Source: Clostridiales bacterium
GTDB taxonomy: Bacteria > Bacillota > Dehalobacteriia > UBA7702
Direction of reading: 5' to 3'
DNA: 64,000 bases
NCBI GenBank assembly: GCA_040766525.1
Contig: JAXGQI010000008.1
Coordinates: forward strand, 167 to 64,166
The position numbers and the translations under genes are program-made. The notes beneath the pieces are model-generated. The model had not been told where the DNA came from and ran no database searches. It was given only the letters and a program-made list of their open reading frames with translations. Shown piece after piece: positions 52,521 through 64,000 of this stretch. How positions within the stretch are numbered: the first letter of the stretch is position 1; each line of letters begins with the position of its first letter.

Positions 52521-54978
52521 TTGACGAAAAGTGAATTGCTTCTTCCCGCAGGGAATGAAGAATCTTTAATGGCGGCTATCGCCAATGGAGCCGATGCGGT
52601 ATATTTTGCCGGATCGGCCTTTGGCGCAAGAGCCGGTGCGGAAAATTTTGACCGAGAGCAAATGGCGAAAGCCTTGGATCTTTGCCGTCTTTATCGGGTG
52701 AAAGCGTATATCACGATGAATACCCTGGTGAGTGATGGCGAGATGAATGATGCTCTTGAAGATGCGAAATTTCTCTATGACCAAGGAGCGGACGCCTTGA
52801 TCGTACAAGATTTTGGTTTTGCCATGGCGGTGCGGGCCCTTTTACCGGATCTCCCCCTCCACGGCAGTACCCAGATGACGGTGCATCATGTGGCCGGGGC
52901 ACGCTTTTGTTATGAAGCCGGTTTTAAACGCGTTATTTTGGCAAGAGAGATGACTTTGGCGGAAATTGCGGCGATCAGAACGGCGGTTCCCGCATTGGAG
53001 TTGGAAGTTTTTGTCCATGGGGCGCTTTGCATCTCCTATTCCGGCCAATGTTTGATGAGCAGTTTGATCGGCGGGCGGAGCGGCAACCGGGGCAAATGCG
53101 CCCAGCCTTGCCGTATGGCCTATGATTTATATGAGAAAAATGAAGGGCAGTTAACGGAAAAACCGTTGCATCTTTTGAGTCCCAGAGATTTGAATACCCT
53201 TGAATTTATGCCGGAGATCATGATCTCGGCATCGCTTCTTTGAAGATTGAAGGGCGGATGCGGCGGCCGGAATATGTGGCTACCGTGGGACGGGTTTACC
53301 GTAAGGCCATTGACCATTATTACGGCCATAACGAAGCCCCGGATGCAGATCTGGCCGATGTTACCCAGGTTTTCAACCGTGATTTTACCGGCGGTTATTT
53401 TGGGGAATCCCGGCGTTTCTTTGATGAGCCATTTGCGCCCCAATAATCGCGGCGTCTTTTTAGGCCGGGTCAAAGGGGTGCGCGGCCGTTATGTCGCCAT
53501 CCTGGAGAAGGATCTTCACCGCGGCGATGGCATTGAGATCTGGGTGAAAGTGGGTGGTCGTTTGGGGACCACCGTTGCCGATATTCGTTTGGACGGGAAA
53601 AAGGCGGAGTCCGCCAGGGCCGGTCAAACGGTGGAGATTGAAATCGAGGGCCGCATCAGCGATGGCGACCGTGTTTTTAAAACCTATGACGCCGCTCTGA
53701 TGGGCGCCGCCCAAGAGAGCTATCAACAGATGGGGACGGATATGCCCCTTCACTTTTTCGTCAAGGCGGCTTTGGGGGAAAATCTTTATCTGGAAGTCAA
53801 GGATGAAAGAGGGCATGAGGCTTCCTATGAAGCGCCGTATCGGGTGGAAAAGGCCGTGAAAACGCCTACCGGTTATGACGGGGTGGAAAAGCAGTTGGTT
53901 CGGCTCGGCGGCAGCGGATTTTTCCTCTCTTCTTTGGAAGTGGATTTGGAAGAAGGGATTTTGATCCCCGCCAGCAGCTTGAATCAAGCCCGGCGGGGTG
54001 GTGGCGGATATTGCCGCCCAAACCGCGCGGTCTATCCGCGGATCAGGAAGAAAATCGAGTTCTCCCGGCAGCGGGAAGCTCTTGTGGCTGCGGTAAGCTA
54101 TGAAATTTAACGGACTGCCGAAAATCAGCGTGAAGGTGCGTAACCTTGCCCAGGTCATCGCGCTTTGGAGGCGAAGGCGAAACCGAATTTATTTTGCCCC
54201 GTCTTTGGGGGGAAAACCCTTATCTCCTGAAGAGTGGGAGACTTTTGCCGCTTTAGGCAAAAGTTCCGGCGTGATCGCCTATGCTTTGCCGAGGACCTAT
54301 CCGGAAAGCAATGCCCCCCATGTTCGTGAGCAGCTGGAAAAAGCGGCGGCTTCTTGCCGGAATTTCTTGGTGGGACAAGCCGGGGATAGTTTGCTGGTAA
54401 AGGATGTTTTAGCCGATGCCGAGATTATTGGTGATTATTCCCTCAATGTATTTAACCGCCGGAGTTTTTCTGCTTTGAAGGAGAAAGGCTTTGCCGGCTT
54501 AACCTATTCTTTGGAAATGAATAAGGCGGCCTTGGCGTATCAATCCGGAGCGGGAGAAGTCGTCGTCCACGGGTTTTTGCCGGTGATGGTGAGCCGTCAT
54601 TGTTTGATTGGCGCTGTTTTGGGCAAGGAACCGGAAAAAGTGCCCTGCGGCTATTCCTGCCGCGGGAAAGAGTTTTATTTGTCCGATCGGCTTTCCGCCC
54701 ATTTCCCGGTTTACGGGGATCTCTATCACCAGATGCACATTTACAATGGGCGGGAACTGGCGTTGATTACCGAAGCGGAATTTTTGCGGAAGTTCGCCTC
54801 CTGGCGGATCGAAGGGCAGTTTTATGAAAGCCGGGAACTAAAACAGATTATCAGCCTCTATCGTGAGGCGAGACAAGGGAATTTTGGCCAAGATGCTTTG
54901 GCTTCGCTTTTAAACCGGTTGCGGGCAGAGGCGAAAAATCCCTATACTAAAGGACATTTTTATCGGGGAGCACTGTAA
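52521..54978 (+). CDS. Peptidase U32 family protein with DUF3656 (RlhA-like RNA hydroxylase), frameshifted
   Basis: ELLLPAG, GADAVY, EVFVHGALCISYSGQC..RGKCAQPCR, KIEGRM and TKGHFYRG. Confidence 0.88.
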
Positions 54979-54979
54979 A

Positions 54980-57328
54980 ATGAATGACCGAACTTTAGAA
55001 AAATTAGAATATCCCAAAATCATGGCGATGCTGGCGGATCAATGTACCTCGACATTGGGTCGGCAGCTCGTAGGGAAGCTTAGGCCCAGCCGGGAAATAG
55101 AAAAAGTGGAACATTGGCAGGAAGCGACGACGGAAGCGAAAACGATCATCCGCTTAAACCCTTTGTTTCATCTCGGCGGTATTTTCAATATTCGAGAAGA
55201 TATTGAAATGGCGGAAAAAAGCGGCGTTCTGGAAGGGAGCAAGCTCTTAGAGATCATGACGACCTGCCAGGCGGCCAGACGCATCAAACTTTCCCTCACC
55301 CAGATGAAGGAGACCTATCCTATCGTGCAAGAGATCGGGAATGAGATCTGTTTCATCAATTCTCTGGAGAGCGCCATCGAAGGCGCTGTGGGTGACGACG
55401 GGCAGTTGGTGGATAATGCCAGCGGGGAATTGGCCGATCTGCGCCGTAAGATCCGGATTACTTCCGATCGGATCAAAGATAAGATGGAAGGGATCATCAA
55501 GAATCCCAATCAGAATAAGTATCTCCAAGACCCGATCATTACGATTCGCAATGATCGCTATGTCGTCCCGGTGAAACAGGAATACCGGAATCAAGTGCCG
55601 GGTTTGATCCATGACCAGAGCGCCAGCGGTGCGACCTTGTTTATCGAGCCGATGGCAGTTTTGGAGATGAACAATGATTTGAAACGCTTAAAAGCGGCGG
55701 AAGAGGAGGAAATCCGCCGTATCCTCCGGCATCTTTCCAACTTGGTGGCGACAAATAGCCGGGAATTAAAGATCAATCTCGATGCTTTGGCCCAGCTGGA
55801 TTTTATCTTTGCCAAAGGGCGCTTGAGTACCCTTTGGGACGGGTATGCCCCGCTTGAACAAGGAGGGCCGCCTTCCATTTGAAAAAAGCCCGCCATCCTT
55901 TTGGGGGCAAAGGCCGTCCCGATTGATTTGCTGATGGAGGAAAATTTATCGGCAGTCGTCATTACCGGACCCAATACCGGGGCAAAACAGTCAGTTTGAA
56001 GATCGCGGGGCTTTTGTCTTGATCGCCCAGTCCGGCCTGCATTTGCCCGTGGCGGATGGGAGCGAGCTCCCGGTGTTCGCGGCGTGTTGCCGATATCGGG
56101 GATGAGCAGAGCATCGAGCAGTCTTTGAGTACGTTTTCTTCATATGGTCAATATCGTGGAGATTTTAGCCAAAGTAGGGAAAAATAATCTCGTGCTCTTG
56201 GATGAGCTGGGAGCCGGTACCGATCCGGTGGAGGGCGCGGCTTTAGCCATGGCGATCATCGATACCCTGTTGCAGAAGGAAGCGAAAATGATCGTTACCA
56301 CCCATTGTGAGTTAAAGGCCTATGCCTTCAATCATCCCAAACTGGCCAATGCCAGCGTGGAATTTGATATTGATACCCTTCGGCCCACCTATCGTTTGCT
56401 GATGGGAATCCCCGGTCGCAGCAATGCCTTTGACATTGCCTTGAGCTTGGGTGTAGGTGAAAATGTGGTGGCAAAAGCCGACCAGTATATGTCGAAAGAG
56501 GCCAAAGAGGTGCAAAACTTCCTCGCTAATTTGGAGACGAACCGGGCGGCGGCGGAACAGGCCAAAGATGAAGCGGAATCTTTGAAGATCCGCATGGAAA
56601 ATTTGGAACGGGAAGTAAGCCAAAGAGAAAAAGCCTTGGCTTTGCGGGAAGCGCAAATTATGGATAAAGCCAGGGAGCGGGCGGAAAACTTGGTTCGGGA
56701 GAAAAAGCGGGAGGCCGATGCTCTTTTAGCGGAATTGAAAAACCTCTGGCCAAAGAGGACGCTAGAAAACAAGAAGAGACCATGCGGGCAGCCCGGGAAA
56801 AACCAAGCGCATCGGAGATATGGCGCCGGAATGGGAAGAAGCGGATTTCGGCGGCGAAGAAGTCAGGGTTTTAGCGCCGGGGATGAAGTGTATCTTCCGC
56901 GTTTGAAAAAGAACGGAATCGTCTTAGAAGTTTTGAATGAACAGGAAGTCCAAGTCCAAGCTGGTATCATGAAAATCAAAATGAAAGTGAAAGAACTTCG
57001 CAAGCCCCAAGTCTCGAAAAGCAAGCCAATAAAAGCCGCCACGGTCATCTGGCGGCCAGCAAAACAAAGAGGCCAAGAGCGAATTGGATCTCCGTGGACT
57101 TACCGGAGAAGAGGCGCGGATGGAACTGAAAAATTTCTGGACGACGCATTTTTAGCGAATTTGCCCAGCGTGCGCATCATTCATGGCCTGGGAACCGGGG
57201 TTTTGAAAAAAATGGTTTACGATACTTTGAAAACCCATGCCCATGTGGAAAGCCAAAGATTGGGTGGGTATTATGAGGGCGGCGCAGGTGTTTCCATAGC
57301 GCAGATCATAAGGGAAAACAGCGAATAG
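54980..57328 (+). CDS. mutS2: MutS2 endonuclease with Smr domain (frameshifted)
   Basis: IHDQSASGATLFIEP, ITGPNTGG, LDELGAGTDP and IIHGLGTG. Confidence 0.93.
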
Positions 57329-57688
57329 AACCAATAAACTGTTGTTTGGCAGAGCTCCCTTTTCATTATCGTGATATATTAAGTATTTTTATATATTTAT
57401 AATTTATATATCAGGTGTTGTGTCTTAATATAAATTTTGTTACTATGATTAAGTAAAATAATATATGGGAATTGAACCAATTGTATATAGAGGTATTGGG
57501 AGACATATTTCCTGGGGCGGTTTTGTTATCGTTTATATTACCTTTGCACTGAAATGTAATCTACACAGCTTATATGATTACGCATAGGTAGGCTGGTTAC
57601 ATGCCTTTGAATAATCATATTTTATATAATAGAATTTGATGCAATTTACACACTTTTAGCTTTTTAATTTATGAAAGAAGGGAATATC

Positions 57689-60142
57689 ATGCGAGCGAAA
57701 AAATTGACCCAGGTTTTTTTATTATGTCTTTTGTTGGTTTTGCTCCCTACGGCAGTATTGGCTGCTGAGGCATCGGATTTTTCCGATATGCCGGCAGTGG
57801 ATCACTGGTCTTATGAAGCGTTAAACTCGGCGGTTGAAAACAGTTTGCTTCATGGGTCGAACGGGAAGTTGGATCCTCGTGGTGTTTTGACACGTGCCCA
57901 GATGGCGGCTATCATCAACCGGGCTTTCGGTGCAACGGAAGAAGCGGATATCAGTACATATACCGATGTTCCCTTATCGGCATGGTATTATGAGGATATT
58001 GCAAAAGCGGTACGAATGGGTACTTTTAGGGGCGATGGCAGCGGGATTATGCGGCCAAATGATTCCATTACCCGGCAGGAGGCTTTTGTTGTGCTGGCGC
58101 GGGCCTTTAAACTTTCCGGTGGTGATGTGAATGTATTGGATGGATTTTCGGACAAGGACCAGATTTCTGCTTGGGCAACGGATGCTTCGGCTTCTCTTGC
58201 TGCGGCAGGCTATATTCAAGGGTCGAATAATAAGCTCAACCCAAAGAATCCATTACCCGTGAGGAATTTGCCCAGGTTATGTATAATATCATTAAAACAT
58301 ATATTTCCGAACCGGGCAGCTATACGGAGGTCGCTTCCGGTAATATTATCATCAATACGGCAGGCGTTACCTTGTGCGATGTCACGGTTAACGGTGATTT
58401 GATCATTGGCGACGGTGTTGGCGACAGTGAAGTTATTCTTGATAATGTCATTGTGACCGGCAGGCTGATCGTGCGCGGTGGCGGCGAAAACTCTATACGC
58501 ATTACCGGCGGCAGTGAGATAGATAGTATTATTATCAGCAAGGCTGCTTCCGGCGCCGTTCGTGTTTATGTTACCGCCGATTGCAGTGTTGATATGGTTT
58601 ATGTCAATGACGGGGCGGACGATATTATCCTGGAAGGCTTTTTTAATTCTGTTACTGTTCAATCTGCCACCCCTGTCGTGATGAGCGACGCGACCGTGAA
58701 TCTGTTATCGATTGCATCTGCGGGTGCTACGGTAGCCTTGGAAGGAAATACGGTTGTTACTACGGCGGAGATTACAGAAGCTGCGGTTGGCGCTACTGTT
58801 ACCATGGATGCAGGGGCCGTCATTTCAAATTTGGAAAATAATGCGGATGATGCTAATATCGCGTGTAATGTTACGAGCTTTGCAGAATTGCAGAGTGCGA
58901 ACGATGATGTTAATGTCACCGCCATCAATATCGTTGGGAGTTTTTCGATTACCGAGGATATTACCCTTTCCAAAACGATCTGCGTGGCACAGGGGTGTTA
59001 CGCTTACAGTGGCAAACGGCACAGAATTATTGATGATAGAGACTTCTCAATGTATCAATAATGGTACGATTGATGTAAACGGTCTGCTGCTTTTGGCCAT
59101 TACAGATCTCTGCAATAACGGCACTATTACGGTAAAAGAAAACGTTTTTTTCAATGTTAATATGAGTACACTGGACAATAACGGCTATTTTACCGTTAAC
59201 TTGAATGGAAGTCTAAATATCAACTTTGGCGGTCGTTTTGTTAATAAACACTCTCTGGTCAATTATGGCACGATCAATCTTGGTATTGAAGGCGGCCGAC
59301 TTGAAACGGTGCTGACCGCTGTTACCACAAACCAGGGACGGATCATTATATACGGTTTTCTTGAAGGTGCGGTCATCAATGAAGGCAGTGGTTATATTGA
59401 GAATCATGTAGCGATGCCGATCAATGAAGGCCAGTTTCTGAATGCGCTGGCCGACAATAATATCGCCCGTATATACATTGATGGCGGTACGGAAATTACC
59501 CTCAATACCGATGCAACTTTCACAAAAAAAGTGGAAATCGACGGGGGGATACTTAATATTGCCGCTAATGTTAACATTAACGGCTCAGATGGTTATCTTG
59601 CTGTTGATGGAGACGGAGAAGACATTTACGGCCAGGTCAATGTTGCTCCCGGTAAAACGGTTGCCACCGATGGAGCCGGCCGTATCAGCATCAGCGGAGA
59701 ATTGTACGTGCAGGGGTCTTTTACCAATAACGGTGTACTTATTGTAGATGAATGCGGTGATTTACTGGCGGAAGAAGCTGATACTTGCACCAACACCGGT
59801 ACCTTAATCGTAAATGGTTTTCTTACCTTAGGCGCTACGGATCTGAACAATTCCGGCGATATTTCAGTTAATCCAGATGGTGGCATGGGTGTTTATATGA
59901 GTACGCTGACCAATAGTGGTGATTTTACCGTTTTTGAAAACGGGATGCTTGAAGTTGACCGCGGCGGTTGGTTTGTTAATCAGAATACGCTGACCAATGA
60001 TGGCACCGTAACGGTTACCAACGATGGCGCCAATTTGGAAAACGATAATGGCGCGACGATTACCAACAACGGTATCTTCTATATTTACGGGTATTTTACT
60101 GATAATGGCACATGGGTGGGAACTGCTCCGATAAGGAACTGA
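57689..60142 (+). CDS. S-layer homology protein with an Asn/Gly-rich beta-helix-like C-terminus (frameshifted)
   Basis: Signal peptide, three SLH repeats, GDLIIGDGVG..VRGGGENSI, and repeated N.GT..V motifs. Confidence 0.82.
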
Positions 60143-60189
60143 TTTAATTTGGCAGTGAAATTGAAGAAAGGGCTGCCAAAAGGCAGCCT

Positions 60190-60314
60190 CAGTCCGCCGA
60201 CGAAGTCTGAACCACGGCGAACTCTCTGTCCCGCGACAGCTTGCGTACTTCTATGTACGCGGCGCTGCCGCAGGCCAAAGCGTTCACCGTGTCTAAGCCT
60301 TTCTCGACGACCTG
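60190..60314. mobile_element. ~125-bp MITE-like element, copy 4 (divergent subfamily C)
   Basis: Weak TIR; core GCTTGCGTAC-N6-GTACGCGGCGC; region flanked by repeated AAGGGCTGCCAAA[A/C]GGCAGCC (60168 and 60367). Confidence 0.55.
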
Positions 60315-60394
60315 CCATCCTGTAAGACAAAATCCGCTTTCAGCATCTTCTTTTGTCTATCGTCTGAAGGGCTGCCAAACGGCAGCCCTTCAGA

Positions 60395-60603
60395 TTTTGT
60401 GGGAAGCAGAAAGGAGCCGAAAATCGGCTCCTTTGAGACTGTCAATAGAGGGCTTATAACTGTGTTCCAGGTAAACCGCAGACCGCTCATGTACGTCACT
60501 GTACACATCGCGTCCTGTGGTTTTCCTGCGCCTTGCTCTAAACCCTTTCTTGTCAGCCTCTTGTTTTGTGGGAAGCAGAAAGGAGCCGAAAATCGGCTCC
60601 TTT
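60395..60603. repeat. 40-bp direct repeat containing a terminator hairpin (60395-60434 and 60564-60603)
   Basis: TTTTGTGGGAAGCAGAAAGGAGCCGAAAATCGGCTCCTTT occurs twice. Confidence 0.9.
60435..60560. mobile_element. ~125-bp MITE-like element, copy 5 (subfamily B)
   Basis: Highly similar to 4327-4452; flanked by a 40-bp direct repeat. Confidence 0.75.
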
Positions 60604-60621
60604 TTTTGATTTGTAATATTC

Positions 60622-61686
60622 TTATTTTACTTCCACGGTCCAGCCGTAAGGATCGGCAATTTTGCCCCATTGGATGCCGGTCAGTTGATCATACAAGGTA
60701 GAGGTCAATTCTCCCATCTTGCCGCCGCCGATCTCGATGATCTTGCCGCTCCAGTTTAATTCGGAAACCGGGGAAACAACGGCAGCGGTGCCGGAACCGA
60801 AAACCTCTTCCAATTCGCCCTGCTGATGGCGATCAAAGACTTCTTCAATGGAGAGGAGCCGTTCGCTGACCTTGAGCCCCATATTCTTGGCCATATGGAT
60901 GATGGAATCCCGGGTGATCCCCGCAAGGATGGAGCCGTTCAAAGCCGGGGTGACCAATTCATCTTTGAATTTGAAAAAGATGTTCATAGAGCCGACTTCT
61001 TCGATATATTTTTTATGGATGCCGTCGAGCCAGAGCACTTGGGCATAGCCTTTATCCTTCGCAACTTCTCCCGCCAAAAGGCTGGCCGCGTAATTCCCTG
61101 CTGTTTTGGTGAAGCCCATGCCGCCTTTAACAGCCCGCACATATTCATCTTCCACATAGATCTTGACCGGTTTCAACCCTTCGGCGTAATAAGCGCCGAC
61201 GGGGGAAAGGATGATATTGTAATAGTAAGTGGAGGAAGCTTTGACGCCGACATAGGGATCGGTGGCAAAGATATAGGGACGGATGTAAAGGGATGTACCG
61301 TCGGCTTTGGGAATCCAGTCTTCTTCCAACTTAATTAAGGTTTTCAACACTTCAACGGAGAAATCCACATCAATCTTGGGGATGCAGAGTCGTTCCGCAG
61401 AGATATTTAAACGGTTGAAATTGGCTTCCGGGCGGAAAAGCAAGGTGCGTCCGTCCGGCGTTTTATAGGCTTTTAGCCCTTCAAAAATGGATTGTCCATA
61501 GTGAAGTACCATCGAGGAGGGATCCAATTGAAAAGGACCATAGGGAATAATGCGCGGGTCGTACCAACCTTTGCCTTCGTCATAATCCATCAAAAACATA
61601 TGGTCGGTAAAAATTTTCCCAAAGCTTAAATTATTCCAATCCGGTTTGGCTTTGGGGTTTTTTGTTTTCTCAATGGTCAAATTCAT
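60622..61686 (-). CDS. ilvE: Branched-chain amino acid aminotransferase
   Basis: LHYGQSIFEGLKAY, YIRP, KTAGNY, EEVGSMN, ILAGITR and SGTAA. Confidence 0.95.
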   Translation of the reverse strand: MNLTIEKTKNPKAKPDWNNLSFGKIFTDHMFLMDYDEGKGWYDPRIIPYGPFQLDPSSMVLHYGQSIFEGLKAYKTPDGRTLLFRPEANFNRLNISAERLCIPKIDVDFSVEVLKTLIKLEEDWIPKADGTSLYIRPYIFATDPYVGVKASSTYYYNIILSPVGAYYAEGLKPVKIYVEDEYVRAVKGGMGFTKTAGNYAASLLAGEVAKDKGYAQVLWLDGIHKKYIEEVGSMNIFFKFKDELVTPALNGSILAGITRDSIIHMAKNMGLKVSERLLSIEEVFDRHQQGELEEVFGSGTAAVVSPVSELNWSGKIIEIGGGKMGELTSTLYDQLTGIQWGKIADPYGWTVEVK

Positions 61687-61959
61687 TCTTTTCTCCTCCT
61701 TAATATCCGGCGTGGTTCCGGTAACTCTCCATTAGAATATATTAAAACTTTTTAAAAAAAAGTGCAAGCCTCTCCTTTTGGCAGGATGAGGCTTTTTTTA
61801 TTGTGTTTTTGCTTACTTGAGAGTTGCTAAATCTTAGTTTTTTGGCAAAGGCTTAATGCGCTTGCCTGGTATTTTAAAGAAGAGTTTTGGAGATAAAATA
61901 AATCTCCAGGTCAACATAAGTGACGATGAGAAGAGGAGTTTGTTTTTTGGTGAAAAAAT

Positions 61960-63214
61960 TTGAAAAAAAGAAAAGATTTCTATCCTAGTTTTACTGTTTT
62001 TGCAGATATTTATTCTCTTCCATCTCAGTTTGGCCACAGCCTTTGATGGCGAGTATTTATATTATGCGGGGCAAAAGTTTGAATTAAAAAATAATCTATC
62101 GAAGGCTTTCGGCAATCTGCTGCAATATGAGATCGAAGATGGCGAGAACGAAGCCAAGACGGGCAGTTTAACGGATTTGTCTTTGGAAGAGCCGGGGTCT
62201 TATCTTTTGGGGCTTAAACTCTTTGGCGTTTTGCCGGTAAAAAGCGTTTCCGTCTCAGTTGCGCCGGCATTGGAGCTTATTCCCGGCGGTCATTCCGTTG
62301 GCATCATCATGAAAACGGAAGGTGTGATCATTGTGGGCTTTTCTTCCATCCCGGGAGAGGATGGGAAAATGCTCTATCCTTCCAAAGACGCCGATTTGCA
62401 ACTGGGAGACAGTATTTTGAAGATCAACGGCATCTCCGTCTCCAGTGATGAACAGGCGGCTGAATTGATCGACCGTTTTGGAGCGGAAGGATTTGTTGAG
62501 ATCGAGGTTCGCCAGGGAGATCAAATTCTAACGAAAAAAGTGGAGACGATTGCTTGCCCGGAAACCGGGACCTATCGCATCGGTCTTTATATTCGAGATG
62601 ATACCGGCGGCGTCGTAACCTTGACTTTTTACGATAAAAATAGCGGCCGGTTCGGCGCCTTGGGGCACAGGATCACCGCTGCCGATCCGGGAACGGAAGG
62701 GGAAAAGAATCTCTTGGGCCGTTTGATGCCGGCAAATATCACCGGGATCATTCCTGGGGAAAAGGGACGAACAGGCGAGAAAATCGGCTATTATAATCCC
62801 GGCGTGATCGACGGTGAGATCGATACCGTGGGAGAATTCGGCATATTCGGCACCCTGGCAGAAGATTTGGAGAATCCGTTTTATCCTGTGATCCTTCCGG
62901 CCCGTCCCGACCAGATCAAGGAGGGTCCGGCGGAGATCATAACGGTAATTGAAGGGGATCGCTTGGAACGGTTTTCAGTTGAGATCTTATCCGTTGACAG
63001 AAATGCCGACAAAAAAAGTAAAGGGCTATTAATCGAGGTAACGGACGAAGAGCTTTTGGAAAAAACGGGAGGGATTATTCAAGGAATGAGCGGCAGCCCG
63101 ATTATACAGGACGGGCTTTTGGTCGGCGCTGTCACCCATGTCTTGGTCGATCATCCGAATAAAGGATATGGTTGTTTAATTGACTGTATGCTGTCGGAAG
63201 CCGGGTTAATTTGA
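61960..63214 (+). CDS. spoIVB: Stage IV sporulation protein B (PDZ + S55 peptidase)
   Basis: PGGHSVG, IGLYIRD, GALGH and GGIIQGMSGSPIIQ; upstream of spo0A; indel near the start. Confidence 0.92.
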
Positions 63215-63296
63215 TGTTTCTTGACGGAAATACGTATTATTGTTATTAACCTGTAACAATAAAAATAAGAAATCTGTAATTTTTTTGAAAATTCAA

Positions 63297-63323
63297 GAAG
63301 GAGTTTTTATCCGTAAGAAGAAT
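63297..63323 (+). promoter_or_regulatory. Sigma-H-like promoter of spo0A
   Basis: GAAGGAGTT-11 nt-GAAGAAT. Confidence 0.55.
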
Positions 63324-63361
63324 AATGCTTATAAGAAATAAGTTTAGTTGGGGGAATAAAC

Positions 63362-64000
63362 ATGTTAGAAAACATCAAGATCGTCAGCGCGGATGACAAC
63401 AAGAATTTCTGCGAAAGCCTGCGGCAGTATTTGGAAACTCATGAGGATTTTCATATTGCGGGTACCACCAACAATGGAATGGAAGCATTGGAAATGGTGG
63501 AAAATGAAGAACCGGATATCTTGATCCTCGAACTCATTATGCCTTGTTTGGATGGCTTAGGTGTTTTGTCCCGGCTCAATTATTTGCCTAAACGTCCAAA
63601 AGTCATCATTAGCACTGCAATGGGGCAGGAGAATATGACGCAGGAAGCGGTACGGCTGGGCATCGATTATTTTTTGTTGAAGCCCTATGATTTTCAAGGC
63701 TTGTCCATGCGGATTCGTCAATTGGCGGGGATGCAGGGAACGACAGAAGCGGTGATGATCAACGCCAAGAACTATGATGTGGAAGTGACCAATGTGATTC
63801 ATCAAATGGGTGTTCCCGCCCACATCAAAGGGTATCAGTATTTGAGGGACGCAATTATTTTTGTTATCGATGATATCAACCTCTTGGGCGCCGTAACAAA
63901 GGAATTGTATCCGATGATCGCCCAAAAATACAAGACCACGGCCAGCCGTGTGGAAAGAGCCATTCGCCATGCCATTGAACTTGCTTGGGATCGAGGCAAT
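63362..64000 (+). CDS. spo0A: Sporulation master regulator Spo0A, 3'-partial (not in the ORF track)
   Basis: Manual translation: [64 protein letters not shown]. Confidence 0.96.
   Translation, partial: MLENIKIVSADDNKNFCESLRQYLETHEDFHIAGTTNNGMEALEMVENEEPDILILELIMPCLDGLGVLSRLNYLPKRPKVIISTAMGQENMTQEAVRLGIDYFLLKPYDFQGLSMRIRQLAGMQGTTEAVMINAKNYDVEVTNVIHQMGVPAHIKGYQYLRDAIIFVIDDINLLGAVTKELYPMIAQKYKTTASRVERAIRHAIELAWDRGN

Noticed and set aside
60168-60603. CRISPR-like repeat-spacer pattern
   Set aside because: Two unrelated repeat pairs flank structured elements found elsewhere in the window; this fits insertion duplications.
1-64000. Numerous frameshifts suggesting mass pseudogenisation or programmed frameshifting
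   Set aside because: They also hit essential genes (infC, rplT, pheT, murJ), often at homopolymers, so uncorrected long-read indels are the simplest explanation.

Overview
About 64 kb of chromosome from a spore-former-type Bacillota (Clostridia-like) bacterium. Markers are spoIVB-spo0A, SLH proteins, a T-box, an L20 leader and a cobalamin riboswitch. Many genes, including essential ones (infC, rplT, pheT, murJ), are broken by small indels, which points to an unpolished long-read assembly rather than real pseudogenes. Housekeeping content: rsmF-like, serine genes, the AmmeMemoRadiSam operon, ogt-nfo-alkD, a csaB-murJ-tagO cell-wall cluster, infC-rpmI-rplT, pheST, zapA, U32, mutS2 and ilvE. Most notable observations: (1) An IS3-family element (IRs at 22060-22085 and 24351-24376) has its centre replaced by about 1.4 kb of phage DNA. 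This cargo is a MuF protein with a toxin-like C-terminus, a small candidate immunity gene and a scaffold-gene stub, and the MuF part continues in frame from the IS orfA N-terminus. (2) Spo0A has Glu in place of its phosphoacceptor Asp (LELIMP). (3) Five ~125-bp hairpin-core MITE-like elements, four of them directly beside terminator-like palindromes, two with long target duplications. (4) CsaB carries a ~230-aa acidic insertion. (5) Tandem long hairpins follow the B12 riboswitch. (6) An aconitase X/racemase locus of unknown substrate. All family calls come from motif recognition by eye; no searches were run.
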